Origin: an uncultured delta proteobacterium
GTDB taxonomy: Bacteria > Desulfobacterota > Desulfobacteria > Desulfobacterales > Desulfatirhabdiaceae
Length of the DNA stretch: 64,000 bases
Direction of reading: 5' to 3'
NCBI GenBank assembly: GCA_963789395.1
Contig: CAWBKP010000005.1
Span: 32,001-96,000 of the forward strand
Below the pieces are notes generated by a model. That model was given only the letters and a program-made list of their open reading frames with translations, made no database searches and was not told where the DNA came from. Positions within the stretch are counted from its first letter, which is position 1; each line of letters opens with the position of its first letter. Positions 10,993 through 21,906 of the stretch are shown here, in pieces. The position numbers and the translations under genes are program-made.

Positions 10993-11544
10993 ATGACAGA
11001 AGCCAGTTCTTTGCCAGACACCAGTTTGGATTTTTTCAGAGCGCTGTTCATTAAAACCGGCGGCAATCCCGATAAACAGGTTTCCATGCATGACATCGGC
11101 AATGAGGCCGGTCTGGATAAATCGGCAACAAAAAATATTGCCGAAGACCTGATGAGCCTGGGGCTGATTGACATCCGCACTCTTTCCGGAGGCATCGGTC
11201 TTACCGCGGACGGCATCCGTGAAGCTCAAAGCTGGTTTACAGATATTCCCGGCATCGGCTCTGCCGAAATAACGCTGGGAAAGCATCCGGTTGTCGGCGA
11301 AAAAAACGGTGCCGTCATCACGGACATTCTGACCGATCTTAAACCCCGGATTGGAAAACTTGGTATGGTGTACGATGATTTGACGGAACTGATCGCCGAT
11401 ATCCAGTCTCTGGAGGCACAGATGCGATCATCCAGACCCAAAACCGCCATCATTCGGGAGTGTTTCCGCTCCATTTTGCCCACGCTTGCCCGCAGCAGCG
11501 AAACAGAAACGCAGGCCCGGATCAAATCCTTTCTGGCAGACTGA
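10993..11544 (+). CDS. hypothetical protein with probable N-terminal winged helix
   Basis: VSMHDIGNEAGLD...LMSLGLIDIRTLSGGIGLTADG pattern; starts 4 nt after ihfA stop. Confidence 0.65.
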   Translation: MTEASSLPDTSLDFFRALFIKTGGNPDKQVSMHDIGNEAGLDKSATKNIAEDLMSLGLIDIRTLSGGIGLTADGIREAQSWFTDIPGIGSAEITLGKHPVVGEKNGAVITDILTDLKPRIGKLGMVYDDLTELIADIQSLEAQMRSSRPKTAIIRECFRSILPTLARSSETETQARIKSFLAD

Positions 11545-11548
11545 ACGT

Positions 11549-11830
11549 CTAAACGCTCCGGACTGCGGAATAAAACGTCCAGGCACCGACTACCAGAAAA
11601 AATATTCCTGCGCCCATTTTGATAAATGCAGGTGGAATCACCCGGCTGATTGCCTCACCAAACATAACAGCAATCAATGAACTGAGCACCAGAGCACCGG
11701 CTGATCCCAGAAACACCGTCAGTTTCGAATCACAGTCTGCGGACAGGCAAAATGTCGCCAGCTGCGTCTTATCCCCGAGTTCTGCAAGAAATATCATTCC
11801 AAATGTTGTCAACAGCAGTTTTATATCCAT
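11549..11830 (-). CDS. TMEM165/GDT1 (UPF0016) family membrane protein, half-size
   Basis: AELGDKTQL signature. Confidence 0.9.
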   Translation of the reverse strand: MDIKLLLTTFGMIFLAELGDKTQLATFCLSADCDSKLTVFLGSAGALVLSSLIAVMFGEAISRVIPPAFIKMGAGIFFLVVGAWTFYSAVRSV

Positions 11831-11943
11831 AATCCCATGATTTTTCATTAAACATCACTAAAATAAACCGTCTTGTTTCCCCGGTAAAAAAAACACCAAA
11901 AGTACTCCCCTTTGAAAAGCAGTGCAGCGGGAAGTTTATTCAA

Positions 11944-12814
11944 TCACAATGCCCTGAGATGTTCCGGTTTCAGGGCGATCCTGCCTGCCAGCGCCTGATC
12001 AATCAATCCCAGCGTAGCCGGTTTTTCAGCAGGCATCCTGGCGCGGATGGGAAGGTAATTCGAAGCATGATTGGCGTGAAAAAGCCCGCGGGTCAGGTGG
12101 GTAGCATCGATCATGGTTCTGAGTTCCCGAAGCGTTTCATCCGGGTCGATCAACACAAATCGGCCGGCTTCATAATCCTCATGAAGCGGTGTTCCCGGTA
12201 TCAGCATCAGGCTGAGCGCACCGACATATTCCGGATCAATGGCAGTCAACACCCTGCCCGTTTCCCGGGCATGAATACTAGAGCGCTCCCTTCCGGCGAT
12301 TCCCAGCAGCACCGTGACGGACAGCTTAAATCCGGCTGCCCTTGCTTTTTGTCCCATGCGGATCATTTCCTCGGACAAGCGCCCCTTTTTGAATGGCTTT
12401 CAGGGTCACATCATCCCCGCTTTCAAGCCCCATATACAAAATGCCAAGCCCCAAGGACCGCAGCATTTCCAGTTCCTGAGGCGTTTTCAGCTTCAGGCTT
12501 TTGGCATTGGCATAAGCCCCCACACGGGTGACCCAGGGAAGCCGCCGTTTGATATCCGACAAAATGGACACAAGCCGCTTTTGAGGGATGATCAGCGCGT
12601 CCCCGTCACAAAGAAACACCCGGCGCTGACGCTGGCAATATTTTTCGGCAAAACCAATATCCGCCTGGATGATATCATCGGTTTTTATCCGGAACCGCTC
12701 ACCCTGATATGTTCCGCAAAAAGTACATTTGTTCCGGGAACATCCCACCGTCACCTGAAGCAGGATACTATTTGCCTCGCTGGGTGGCCGGATAATCATT
12801 CCTTCATAATGCAT
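11944..12814 (-). CDS. radical SAM protein; frameshift near 12380
   Basis: MHYEGMIIRPPSEA, CSRNKCTFC (CxxxCxxC), YMGLESG, ANHASNY. Confidence 0.9.
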
Positions 12815-13342
12815 AACAAATCCTATAACTATTACGAGATAAAATCCAATAAAACAAATCAAAACAGGCCTCAAAGGATAAACTGGATTGATACGTGGCT
12901 ATCGTCGGTGTGACATTGATTGGATAACAGCGCCGCGGAATGTCGATGAATCTTCTTCTTGAGATCATCACGTTTTCTGGCTGTTATGATATCTAATTTT
13001 AACAAAAGTTTAAGATATGTCAATGTTGGAAACACTCAATTTTCAGATAGGGATTGTCAGTGCGTCTTTGCGCTGAAACATTTCTCCAGATGCCTCTCTG
13101 GTTCAAAATCCGGATGCCGCTTTCAGAATCCGTGTTTCATAGCAACTCTCCTGATAATATAGCTTACACAAGGACTATCACACAACTTTTCAATATAAAT
13201 AGAGTTTCATGATGTTGGTAGAGGTCAAAGCATGTTTTCCAGTCCCTTGAAAAGATTGATTTTACTCCTTGAACCTGATAACAGGCACGAGCTATTGCTG
13301 GCAAGGAAAATTTAGATTTCAAATCGTTACCGGGGAGGTTAC

Positions 13343-15991
13343 ATGAGAACACTCAAGGATAAATTGTCGCTTCTGACTTATATGCAGGCCGTAAAATTGC
13401 TCGGGACTCAGGGAAAAGAGTTGCTAATGGTAGGCGGGAAATTCGATATCAATATTACGGAACAGGTAACACTCGGCACCGATATCTTTCAATTGGAACT
13501 CGAAGGGGCAATCGTTGATATACGACTGGATCAGATGAAGCATCAGCGAATCCAGATAACTTGCAGTGCTTGTCACATGATATGCGAGCATCAGGGGGCG
13601 GCCCTTTCATTGATTCTGGAGGAAAAGATGGCATTGGGGTTGGCTGCACCTCCGCCCGAAAGAGTGCCTGTTGAGAGCCTGAGTGAAGCAGAACTCATTA
13701 ATTTGGCCATCTCCGATCGAAAAGAGAGGGCGCAAAAGGAAAAGATGCAATTGACGTCCATGAACCCTCATGAATTGTGGACCGATTACATCGTCACGAG
13801 TCAACATTCCGGGAAAAGTTACCGGATCGCACTGCGCGGATGGAAGCTTGGCGAATCCTATTGTTCCTGTCCGGATTTTCGTAAAAATACGCTTGGCACC
13901 TGCAAGCACATCCTGTCCACCCTGGAAAGCGTTCGAAAAAAATTCAGCAAACAGGTGCGGGAGACCCCTGCTGAAATCCAGGATATCTGTTTTTACCTTG
14001 AGTATGGAGAAGATACACATCTGAAAATGTTGTTGCCGCAAACCCCCGATCCTATCGTTTTGAAACATCTGCTGCCGTTGAAAGGTAAATCCATTGAGAA
14101 CATAAAGGACTTCATAAGCCGTATTCATCAAGTCGAAAATGAGGGGTTTTCTGTCATTATCTATCCGGATGCTGAAGAATATATCAACCGAAGGCTGTTT
14201 CAGGAACGTATGGCAGATGAGGTCGCCGGCATCCGCAAGGATCCTGCAAATCACCCGCTGCGAAAGACCCTTTTAAAAGCCGAATTGCTTCCGTATCAGC
14301 TCGACGGCATTGCGTTTGCCGCCGGGGCTGGCCGCGCGGTTCTGGCCGATGACATGGGATTAGGCAAAACCATCCAGGGAATTGGGGTTGCCGAATTTTT
14401 ATCCCGCCAAGTCTCGATTTCTAAGGTGCTCATCATTTGCCCGGCATCCTTGAAAGCCCAGTGGCGCATAGAGATCAAACGATTCAGTCACCGCAGTTCA
14501 TGCCTTATCCTGGGAGCCTACAAAGGACCGGCAGCCCAGTACCATAACGACAGCTTTTTTACAGTCTGCAATTACGAGCAGGTGCTACGGGATTTTTTAT
14601 CCATAGAAAAGGTGCCGTGGGATCTCATCATTCTGGACGAGGGACAGCGGATCAAGAATTGGGAAGCCAAAACAAGCCGGGTGATAAAGGCTCTGCGATC
14701 CCCGTTTGCACTGGTGCTCTCCGGCACGCCCCTTGAAAACCGGATCGATGAGCTTTTTTCAGTCGTTGAATTTATTGATGACAGGCGTCTGGGTCCCGCG
14801 TTTAAATTCTTCAACCGGCACCGGATTGTTGATGAAAAGGGAAAACTTTTGGGATACAAAAATCTGGACGAGTTGCGCGAACGATTAAAACCCATTCTGC
14901 TGCGTCGCACCCGTGCCTCGGTCATTAAGGATCTACCGCCTCGAACCACTCAGGTGATCCGCATCACGCCCACCGACGAACAGCTTGAGTTGCAAAACGC
15001 CCATCGCAGAATCATTCAACTGATTCTCCAAAAGAAATTTATCTCGGAGATGGACCTCCTGCGGCTTCAAAAAGCCCTTTTGATGTGCCGGTTGTGTGCC
15101 AACAGTACTTTTCTGGTGGATAAACAGACACCTGGTTATTCGAGCAAACTCCAGGAACTTGATTTGCTCCTTGAACAACTGTCTGACGAGGAGGATCGCA
15201 AGATCGTTCTTTTCTCTGAGTGGACAGGAATGCTCAATATGATCGAGCCGCTGCTGGAAGCCCGGAAGCTGAACTACGTCCGATTGGATGGCTCCATACC
15301 GCAGAAAATGCGTCAGGGCCTGGTGCATCAATTTCAGGAAAATCCCGACTGCAAGCTCTTTATTACCACCAATGCCGGAGCTACGGGACTGAACCTTCAG
15401 GCCGCCAACACCATTATCAATGTCGATCTGCCCTGGAATCCGGCCGTACTGGAGCAGCGCATCGGCCGCGCCCATCGCATGGGTCAGAAACGACCGGTAC
15501 AGGTGTATCTGCTGGTAACCGTGGATACGCTGGAGGAAAATTTACTTGCGACACTCTCGACCAAGCATGAGCTATCACTCGCAGTACTAAATCCGGATAC
15601 CAATATTACTGAGGTGAGTATGACAACCGGCATGGAGGAACTCAAGCGCAAACTGGAGATTCTGCTGGGAGCCAAACCAGAAGCCGCCGAGGACCAAAGC
15701 ATGAAAGCACTGGTGGAAAATCAGGCAGCACTCCTGGCGAAAAAGGAAAAAGTGGCCTATGCAGGAGGGCAATTGGTGGGCGCGGCTTTTGCTTTTATTG
15801 GCGAGATGTTTTCAAGTGCCGATGAAACCGAAAAAATCGTCTCCCTTACCGAAGCGTTCAGGTCCAAGCTAAACGACTGCATGGAAAAAAACGATGATGG
15901 CAGCCTAAGCATGACGATCCGCATGCCTGATGAAGACTTTCTCCAGAATATGGCCAGGTCTCTTGCCCAGATAGTCGCGACTGGACAATAA
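13343..15991 (+). CDS. SNF2-family helicase/ATPase with SWIM zinc fingers
   Basis: LADDMGLGKT, DEGQRIKN, LSGTPLEN, GLNLQAA, QRIGRAHR; CSCPD...CKH; GGAGG RBS. Confidence 0.92.
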   Translation: MRTLKDKLSLLTYMQAVKLLGTQGKELLMVGGKFDINITEQVTLGTDIFQLELEGAIVDIRLDQMKHQRIQITCSACHMICEHQGAALSLILEEKMALGLAAPPPERVPVESLSEAELINLAISDRKERAQKEKMQLTSMNPHELWTDYIVTSQHSGKSYRIALRGWKLGESYCSCPDFRKNTLGTCKHILSTLESVRKKFSKQVRETPAEIQDICFYLEYGEDTHLKMLLPQTPDPIVLKHLLPLKGKSIENIKDFISRIHQVENEGFSVIIYPDAEEYINRRLFQERMADEVAGIRKDPANHPLRKTLLKAELLPYQLDGIAFAAGAGRAVLADDMGLGKTIQGIGVAEFLSRQVSISKVLIICPASLKAQWRIEIKRFSHRSSCLILGAYKGPAAQYHNDSFFTVCNYEQVLRDFLSIEKVPWDLIILDEGQRIKNWEAKTSRVIKALRSPFALVLSGTPLENRIDELFSVVEFIDDRRLGPAFKFFNRHRIVDEKGKLLGYKNLDELRERLKPILLRRTRASVIKDLPPRTTQVIRITPTDEQLELQNAHRRIIQLILQKKFISEMDLLRLQKALLMCRLCANSTFLVDKQTPGYSSKLQELDLLLEQLSDEEDRKIVLFSEWTGMLNMIEPLLEARKLNYVRLDGSIPQKMRQGLVHQFQENPDCKLFITTNAGATGLNLQAANTIINVDLPWNPAVLEQRIGRAHRMGQKRPVQVYLLVTVDTLEENLLATLSTKHELSLAVLNPDTNITEVSMTTGMEELKRKLEILLGAKPEAAEDQSMKALVENQAALLAKKEKVAYAGGQLVGAAFAFIGEMFSSADETEKIVSLTEAFRSKLNDCMEKNDDGSLSMTIRMPDEDFLQNMARSLAQIVATGQ

Positions 15992-16004
15992 TCGATGAAG
16001 GCCG

Positions 16005-16964
16005 TCAGGCAAGATAACACCTTGCTTCATGCTGGTCCCCAACCTGGGTTAAGGCAGGCGGGGAAGATTCGCAGACTGGGATTGCGATGGGGCAGCGGTT
16101 ATGAAACCGGCACCCTGCCGGCAGATCGTTAAGCGCCGGCACCATTCCGGGAATGATCGACAGCGGCATTTTCCGGGGGGTTTCCAGCCGGGGAATGGAT
16201 TCCAGCAGTCCGCGGGTGTAAGGGTGTCTCGGGTTTTTAAACAGTTCTTTAACCGGAGCCGATTCCACAACGGTTCCCGCATACATGACCACCACGTCAT
16301 CACAGATATCCGCGATAACGCCAAGATCGTGGGTGATAAAAATCATCGCCATGCCGTTTTCCTGCTGCAACTGCTTCATGAGATCGAGGATTTGTGCCTG
16401 AATCGTCACATCCAGAGCGGTTGTGGGCTCATCGGCAATCAGAATTTCCGGCTCAACCGCAAGGGCCATGGCAATCATCACCCGCTGGCGCATGCCTCCG
16501 GAAATTTGATGGGAATATTCCCGAATACGCCGCTCTGGATCGGGAATCCCCACTTTTGCAAACATTTCAATCGATTTATTGCGGATCTGGGTTTCATCCA
16601 GCATGCTGTCATGCAGCTGAAACACCTCACCAATCTGCCGTCCGATCCGATGCACGGGATTCAGGGCAGTCATGGGCTCCTGAAAAATCATGGATATATG
16701 GTTTCCGCGCAGCGTGCGCATGTCTGCCGGCGCCATCCGGACGATATCCGTTCCCCGGTACAGGATCTGGCCGTCCAGAATTTTCCCCGCAGGTTGGGGC
16801 AGCAGCCGCATGATGGAAAGCGCGGTGACACTTTTTCCGCATCCGGATTCTCCCACGATACCCAGCGTCTTTCCCCGAATCACCTGAAAAGAGACGTCAT
16901 CCACGGCCCGAACCCTGCCGGCCTCGGTATCAAATGCCGCCGCCAGATGATTGACCTGTAACAC
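16005..16964 (-). CDS. oligopeptide ABC transporter ATP-binding subunit (OppD/DppD-like)
   Basis: [25 protein letters not shown]-terminal HPY and Cys motifs. Confidence 0.93.
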   Translation of the reverse strand: MLQVNHLAAAFDTEAGRVRAVDDVSFQVIRGKTLGIVGESGCGKSVTALSIMRLLPQPAGKILDGQILYRGTDIVRMAPADMRTLRGNHISMIFQEPMTALNPVHRIGRQIGEVFQLHDSMLDETQIRNKSIEMFAKVGIPDPERRIREYSHQISGGMRQRVMIAMALAVEPEILIADEPTTALDVTIQAQILDLMKQLQQENGMAMIFITHDLGVIADICDDVVVMYAGTVVESAPVKELFKNPRHPYTRGLLESIPRLETPRKMPLSIIPGMVPALNDLPAGCRFHNRCPIAIPVCESSPPALTQVGDQHEARCYLA

Positions 16965-16997
16965 CGCATGTTCGCTCCACCATAAAATCCCTTTCTC

Positions 16998-18810
16998 TTA
17001 CCGGCTCTGCAGATACGTCCTGTCGATGATGGTGACCGGCTCAAATGCCTGACCCGATTTCATGGCTTCCCGAGTTTTGTCATGCAGTGTTTTGTCATAC
17101 CAGAACAGTCCTCCGGTTGCACTGTTGAAAGGGTCAAACAGACTGTCGGAGTGTCTTGTTCCCGGCGGCTCGGGAAGCCGCCACCAGCGCCAGAAGGCCT
17201 CACGAGCGTAGGGAACCATGAATGTGGGTACGAACATGCCGATATCATGGATTTTACCCTGGATTTCCCTGAGAAAGGCGGATCCGCTCCTTCTCGTCCA
17301 GGGAATTGCGATAAGCGTCAATCAATTTGTCCATTTCCGCATCGTCTGTATTGGTGATGTTGTTGGTCTGCGGCTTATGGGCATTAACGGAATGGAAGTG
17401 CTCCCAGTACTGGGGTCTTAAGGATGTGCTCCATCCCATCCAGGCCACATCGAAATTCTTTTCCAGAAATTTTTTGAACGCCGCGGTCGGATCACTCTGC
17501 TGCAGCAGCAGCTCAATGCCTGCTTTTTTGGCCTCTTCTTTCAGAACCACCAGTCTCGGGGTATGCTCTTCGAATCCATAGGTCACTTCAACCGAAAAGC
17601 GTTTTCCGTCTTTTTCCCAGATTCCGTCTGCCCCGCGCCGCCATCCGGAAGCCTTCATGAAGTGATCCACCTTTTCCAGATCAAACCGTCTGGCCTTGAT
17701 GGTGTCGTTGGTATAGGGACCGTATCCCATGAACGCCTGCTCCAATCTGAAATAATCTCCGCGAAGCACCCGATCGATTACTTTTTCAATATTCATGGCA
17801 TGGCTGAACGCATACCGTACATTCTTATCCTTGAAAATATCCCGATCCTGATTCAGCCACATGCCCATGGCCGACCGCTGGGTATCGTTAAAAAACCAGA
17901 TTTTCTCCACATATCCTTTTTCAAATATCGGAATTTTCGTTTTGTCGTGCCAGTATTTGGGAATGATCAGCCCGAAAACATCCAGTTTTCCTTTTTTGAA
18001 ATACTCCCAGAGCATGTTGAAATCCCGGACCACCGTGTAATTGACCCGATCCACATTAAATCGGTTCCTGAAATATTTCAGATCTTGGGCCCACCAGTCT
18101 TTTTTGCGTTTAAACCGGATATATTTTCCGGTCTGAAAGTCATCGATCTGGTAAGGGCCGGTGTTGGGCACAACCTTCCAATTGTAACGGGATACAAAAT
18201 CCGGCCCGAGGCTCCCGTAAAAATGCCTTGGCGTCGGGGTGATCCCGAGTTTCAGGTGCAGGTCCGGCTCGGCCTTCGTTCCCACAACGGCAATTGTATA
18301 ATCGTCAAAAACAATGACGCTGTCGATTTCCCGGGTGAAATAATCATTGTACCAGGGCGCAACGATATGGGAAGAGCGCATGAATTCCAGGGTAAACACA
18401 TAATCCGATGCGGTCACCGGCTTTCCGTCCGACCACCTGGCTTGGGGGTTCAGCTTGAAATACATGGTCTTTTTGTCTTTCCCGAAAGCCCAGTGTGTGG
18501 CCAGCTCGGGAATAATATGCAGCGTATTGGGATGAATGTTGATCAAACTGAGATCATTGTCCAGAATGGCGCTGCGGAAACTGCCGTTGGAGTCCGGTCC
18601 GACCGTCCGAAACGTCATGGGAAAACTCAGGATGGCGGTGTTCAGGGTTCCGCCCTTAACGGCATCCGAAGATGCGTAGACCGGATCCGAATCATTGGTC
18701 AGCCACTGGATATCATCCGGCAGCTTCGGAGCTGCCGGCGCCGACCCGGACAGGATCAGCGTAATAACAAGCGCCGAAAGCAGTCTAAGCAGCAGTTTTG
18801 GCATTGTCAT
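16998..18810 (-). CDS. family 5 extracellular solute-binding protein (YejA-like); frameshift near 17270
   Basis: signal peptide, KGGTL, ARWSDGKPVTA, TGPYQI; C-terminus in ORF 16998..17321. Confidence 0.88.
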
Positions 18811-18950
18811 TCCCTTTCAAAGTGAGATATTGTTACAGAGAAATTCATTCGAATGATAAAAATTCAATTTCAAATCGAAACAAAATTTGAAAATCAATTT
18901 TAAATGACTTGCAGCCATGCTTGAGGCAGGCGAATGCAAAGGACGATCAA

Positions 18951-19775
18951 ATGAACATTTTAGGGATAATCTGCTCGCCGCGATCCCCCGGCAACTGTGA
19001 GCTCATCGTAAAGGAAATCAGCCGACAGATTCCAGTTCCCCATGAACTGAAACTGACGCGGCTTCCGAAACTGAACATTCAGCCCTGCCAGGGGTGTTAC
19101 CGCTGTCTGTTCAAGGAGCAGCGTTGCTGGATACAGGATGACCTGAACCTGGTTCTGGATGACATATCCTGGGCCGATGCACTGATCGTTACGGTGCCCA
19201 CGTATTTCCTGGGACCCAATGCCAGCCTGAAACTGCTTCTGGACAGGGGCCTTTCCTTTTATGGCCGGGCAGAGTCTCTGTGGGGCAAGCCTGCCGTAGG
19301 AATCGGCATTGCCGGAATCGACGGCAAGGAAGGCTATACCCTGCTGGGAATCCAGAATTTTCTTAAGATGATCCTGTCCGACATCCGCTCGGTTCAAATG
19401 CTCTACGGGGCACTTCCCGGTGAAACCCTTCAGATAGAAAAAAATACCCCGGTCATCCGCCAGTTGGCTGAATCCCTTATGAATCCACAACCGGAATCCA
19501 CCGGACCCGGCTGCCCCCTTTGCGGCGGGGATGCCTTTCGGTTTCTTGGAGGCGGAGCAGTCCAATGCCTGCTATGCAGCAACTCGGGCACCCTGACCCT
19601 GGAAAACGATACGCCGTTAATTCATATCCTGCCCGGCGATCACGATCTGTTCCTGGACAAGGAGATCGCCTTGAAACACCGCGACTGGCTAATTGGGATG
19701 AAAGAGCGCTACCTTGAAAAGAAAACCGAGCTTAAACAGATTTTCGCAAGATACGCCAAACAGCCATGCGGGTAA
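18951..19775 (+). CDS. flavodoxin-like iron-sulfur flavoprotein with C-terminal Cys ribbon
   Basis: SPRSPGN, PCQGCYRC...C, PTYF, CPLC...CLLC. Confidence 0.85.
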   Translation: MNILGIICSPRSPGNCELIVKEISRQIPVPHELKLTRLPKLNIQPCQGCYRCLFKEQRCWIQDDLNLVLDDISWADALIVTVPTYFLGPNASLKLLLDRGLSFYGRAESLWGKPAVGIGIAGIDGKEGYTLLGIQNFLKMILSDIRSVQMLYGALPGETLQIEKNTPVIRQLAESLMNPQPESTGPGCPLCGGDAFRFLGGGAVQCLLCSNSGTLTLENDTPLIHILPGDHDLFLDKEIALKHRDWLIGMKERYLEKKTELKQIFARYAKQPCG

Positions 19776-19806
19776 AGTTTCCGAAGACTGAAGACCGACT
19801 TCCATA

Positions 19807-20850
19807 TCATTCATATGTGCTGTGCAGTTTTGGATCAAAGGCTTCCCGCACTGCCTCGCCGATAAACGTCACAAGCATCAGCGTCAGGATCATTGCAAAA
19901 ATAACAGACCCCACAATCCACCAGGCATCCATGTTGTCCCAGCCCTGCTGAAGCAACTCTCCCCAGCTCGGGGTGGGTGGCGCCAGTCCAAACCCCAGAT
20001 AATCCAGAGAGGTCAGCGCCACAATGCCGCCGGAAACCGAAAACGGCGCATATGTGACAATCACGGAGACCGTGTTGGGTATGATGTGCTTGAATATAAT
20101 TCGAAAATCCGAGGCACCCAGGGCTTTTGCAGCCAGAACATATTCCCTGGCCCGCTCCTTGTAAGTTACGGTTCGAAGGGTCCAGGTCAGGCTCGTCCAT
20201 CCGAAAAACACCATGATAAGGATCAGCAGAAAAAAATTCGGCACCACGATTGATGATATGATGATGATCACATACAGAAACGGAATATTAGACCAGATCT
20301 CGATCATCCGCTGAAAAACCAGATCAAATTTCCCGCCCCAGTATCCCATGGCACATCCCACGGTAACGCCGACCCCGTAATTGACGATAAGAAGCGTCAG
20401 AGAAAAGAAAATGGCAATGCGAAAACCATAAACCAGTCGGGCAACCATATCCCTTGCAGAGGTATCGGTGCCCAGAAAATGTCTGTCTGTGATTGAAGGG
20501 GGAAAAGGCGGATATTCATCTTTGCGGAGATCGTTTTCAAGGGGATTGAAGGGAACCGGCGGCATCAGCACCCAGTCGGCGCCGCCTTCGGCCTGAAATC
20601 GCCTGGATAATTCTCTGTAATTGGTTTCATACGGGTAATCCAGGCCAAAGCCGGTTCCGGGAATCATGGCGCCGTATATCGGGAAATAATTCCGGCCATG
20701 GTAATGGACGACAAGCGCCCGGCTGTTGACCAGAACCTCCGCAAACAGTGACGCCACAATCATCGCTGAAAAAAGAACAAACGCGTAATATCCGCGTTTG
20801 ATCGACTTGAATCGCCGAAGTTTTTTGAGGGTCAGGGGACTGAGGGTCAC
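19807..20850 (-). CDS. oligopeptide ABC permease (YejE/OppC-like)
   Basis: LGTDTSARD, EAA-like loop, LDYLGFGLAPPTPSWG. Confidence 0.93.
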   Translation of the reverse strand: MTLSPLTLKKLRRFKSIKRGYYAFVLFSAMIVASLFAEVLVNSRALVVHYHGRNYFPIYGAMIPGTGFGLDYPYETNYRELSRRFQAEGGADWVLMPPVPFNPLENDLRKDEYPPFPPSITDRHFLGTDTSARDMVARLVYGFRIAIFFSLTLLIVNYGVGVTVGCAMGYWGGKFDLVFQRMIEIWSNIPFLYVIIIISSIVVPNFFLLILIMVFFGWTSLTWTLRTVTYKERAREYVLAAKALGASDFRIIFKHIIPNTVSVIVTYAPFSVSGGIVALTSLDYLGFGLAPPTPSWGELLQQGWDNMDAWWIVGSVIFAMILTLMLVTFIGEAVREAFDPKLHSTYE

Positions 20851-20862
20851 AGCGGCTTTCCT

Positions 20863-21903
20863 TTATCGTCCCTGGCTGAACTGCACCCGGGGATCCACAA
20901 GCGCCACACAGAGATCAGAGAGGATATTGCCGATCATGAAGAGCAGCGAAGAGATGACCAGAATCCCCATTACTACCGGATAGTCCCGGTCAATGACCGA
21001 TTCATATCCCAACAATCCCATCCCGTTGATGTTAAAAACTTTTTCAATGAGAAAAGAGCCGCTCAGGATAATGGAAAGATTGTCTCCGAAGGTTGTGGCA
21101 ACAGGAATCAGGCTGTTTCGCAGCGCATGGCGGAAAACCGCCTGTTTAAAGGAAAGCCCCTTGGCGATCGCGGTTCGCACATAATCCGCGGACAGGTTGT
21201 CCATCAGGGCATTCTTCATTAAGAGGGTGAGAACCGAAAAAGACCCCAGCATGTATGCAGTCAGCGGCAAAGCGGTATGCCAGAGCAGGTCCCCGATTTT
21301 ATGAAAAGTGGTAAACTCCTCGAAATCATCGCTCACCAGCCCTCCCAGCGGAAAAACCTCCCAGTGAGACGCCAGAAGGACAAGAAGCAGCACCCCTACC
21401 ACCCAGCCGGGAATAGCGTATCCCGTAAACACGACAACGGACGTGACATTATCATATGTGCTCTTGTGCCGGACCGCCTTGGAAATGCCCAGCGGAATAC
21501 AGACCCCGTAAACCATCACCATCGAAAACAGCCCGAAATACAGGGATATGGGAATTCGGCTGCGAATCATCTGCCATACCGGTTCATAATAACGGGTAGA
21601 CATTCCCAGATCACCGCTCAGCACCTTTGCCAGCCACTGGCCATAGCTGACGAGAATGGGTTTGTCAAACCCGTAATAGGCTTTCAGTACCTGGATCTGG
21701 TCGGCGGAAAGCGGTTGCCGCTGACTCTCGCCGGCAGACCCTGTGGATCTTCCGCCTTCCCTGCCCTGCATCTGCTGGGCTTGAAGCATCATCCGTTCAA
21801 TGGGGCCGCCCGGAACCACCCGTGTAATGGCAAAAACCAGAACCGTGATCCCCAGAAACGTCGGAACGATCAGCAACGCCCTTCGGATAAAATAGGCTGT
21901 CAC
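20863..21903 (-). CDS. oligopeptide ABC permease (YejB/OppB-like)
   Basis: YFIRR, PGGPIE, YVRTAIAKGL, DRDYPVVMG. Confidence 0.93.
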   Translation of the reverse strand: MTAYFIRRALLIVPTFLGITVLVFAITRVVPGGPIERMMLQAQQMQGREGGRSTGSAGESQRQPLSADQIQVLKAYYGFDKPILVSYGQWLAKVLSGDLGMSTRYYEPVWQMIRSRIPISLYFGLFSMVMVYGVCIPLGISKAVRHKSTYDNVTSVVVFTGYAIPGWVVGVLLLVLLASHWEVFPLGGLVSDDFEEFTTFHKIGDLLWHTALPLTAYMLGSFSVLTLLMKNALMDNLSADYVRTAIAKGLSFKQAVFRHALRNSLIPVATTFGDNLSIILSGSFLIEKVFNINGMGLLGYESVIDRDYPVVMGILVISSLLFMIGNILSDLCVALVDPRVQFSQGR

Positions 21904-21906
21904 CGT

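Noticed and set aside
13058..13140. Minus-strand AGGAG + MKHGF-TGA-KRHPD... as a selenoprotein
   Set aside because: No redox motif or obvious SECIS hairpin; more likely a remnant or a chance ORF.
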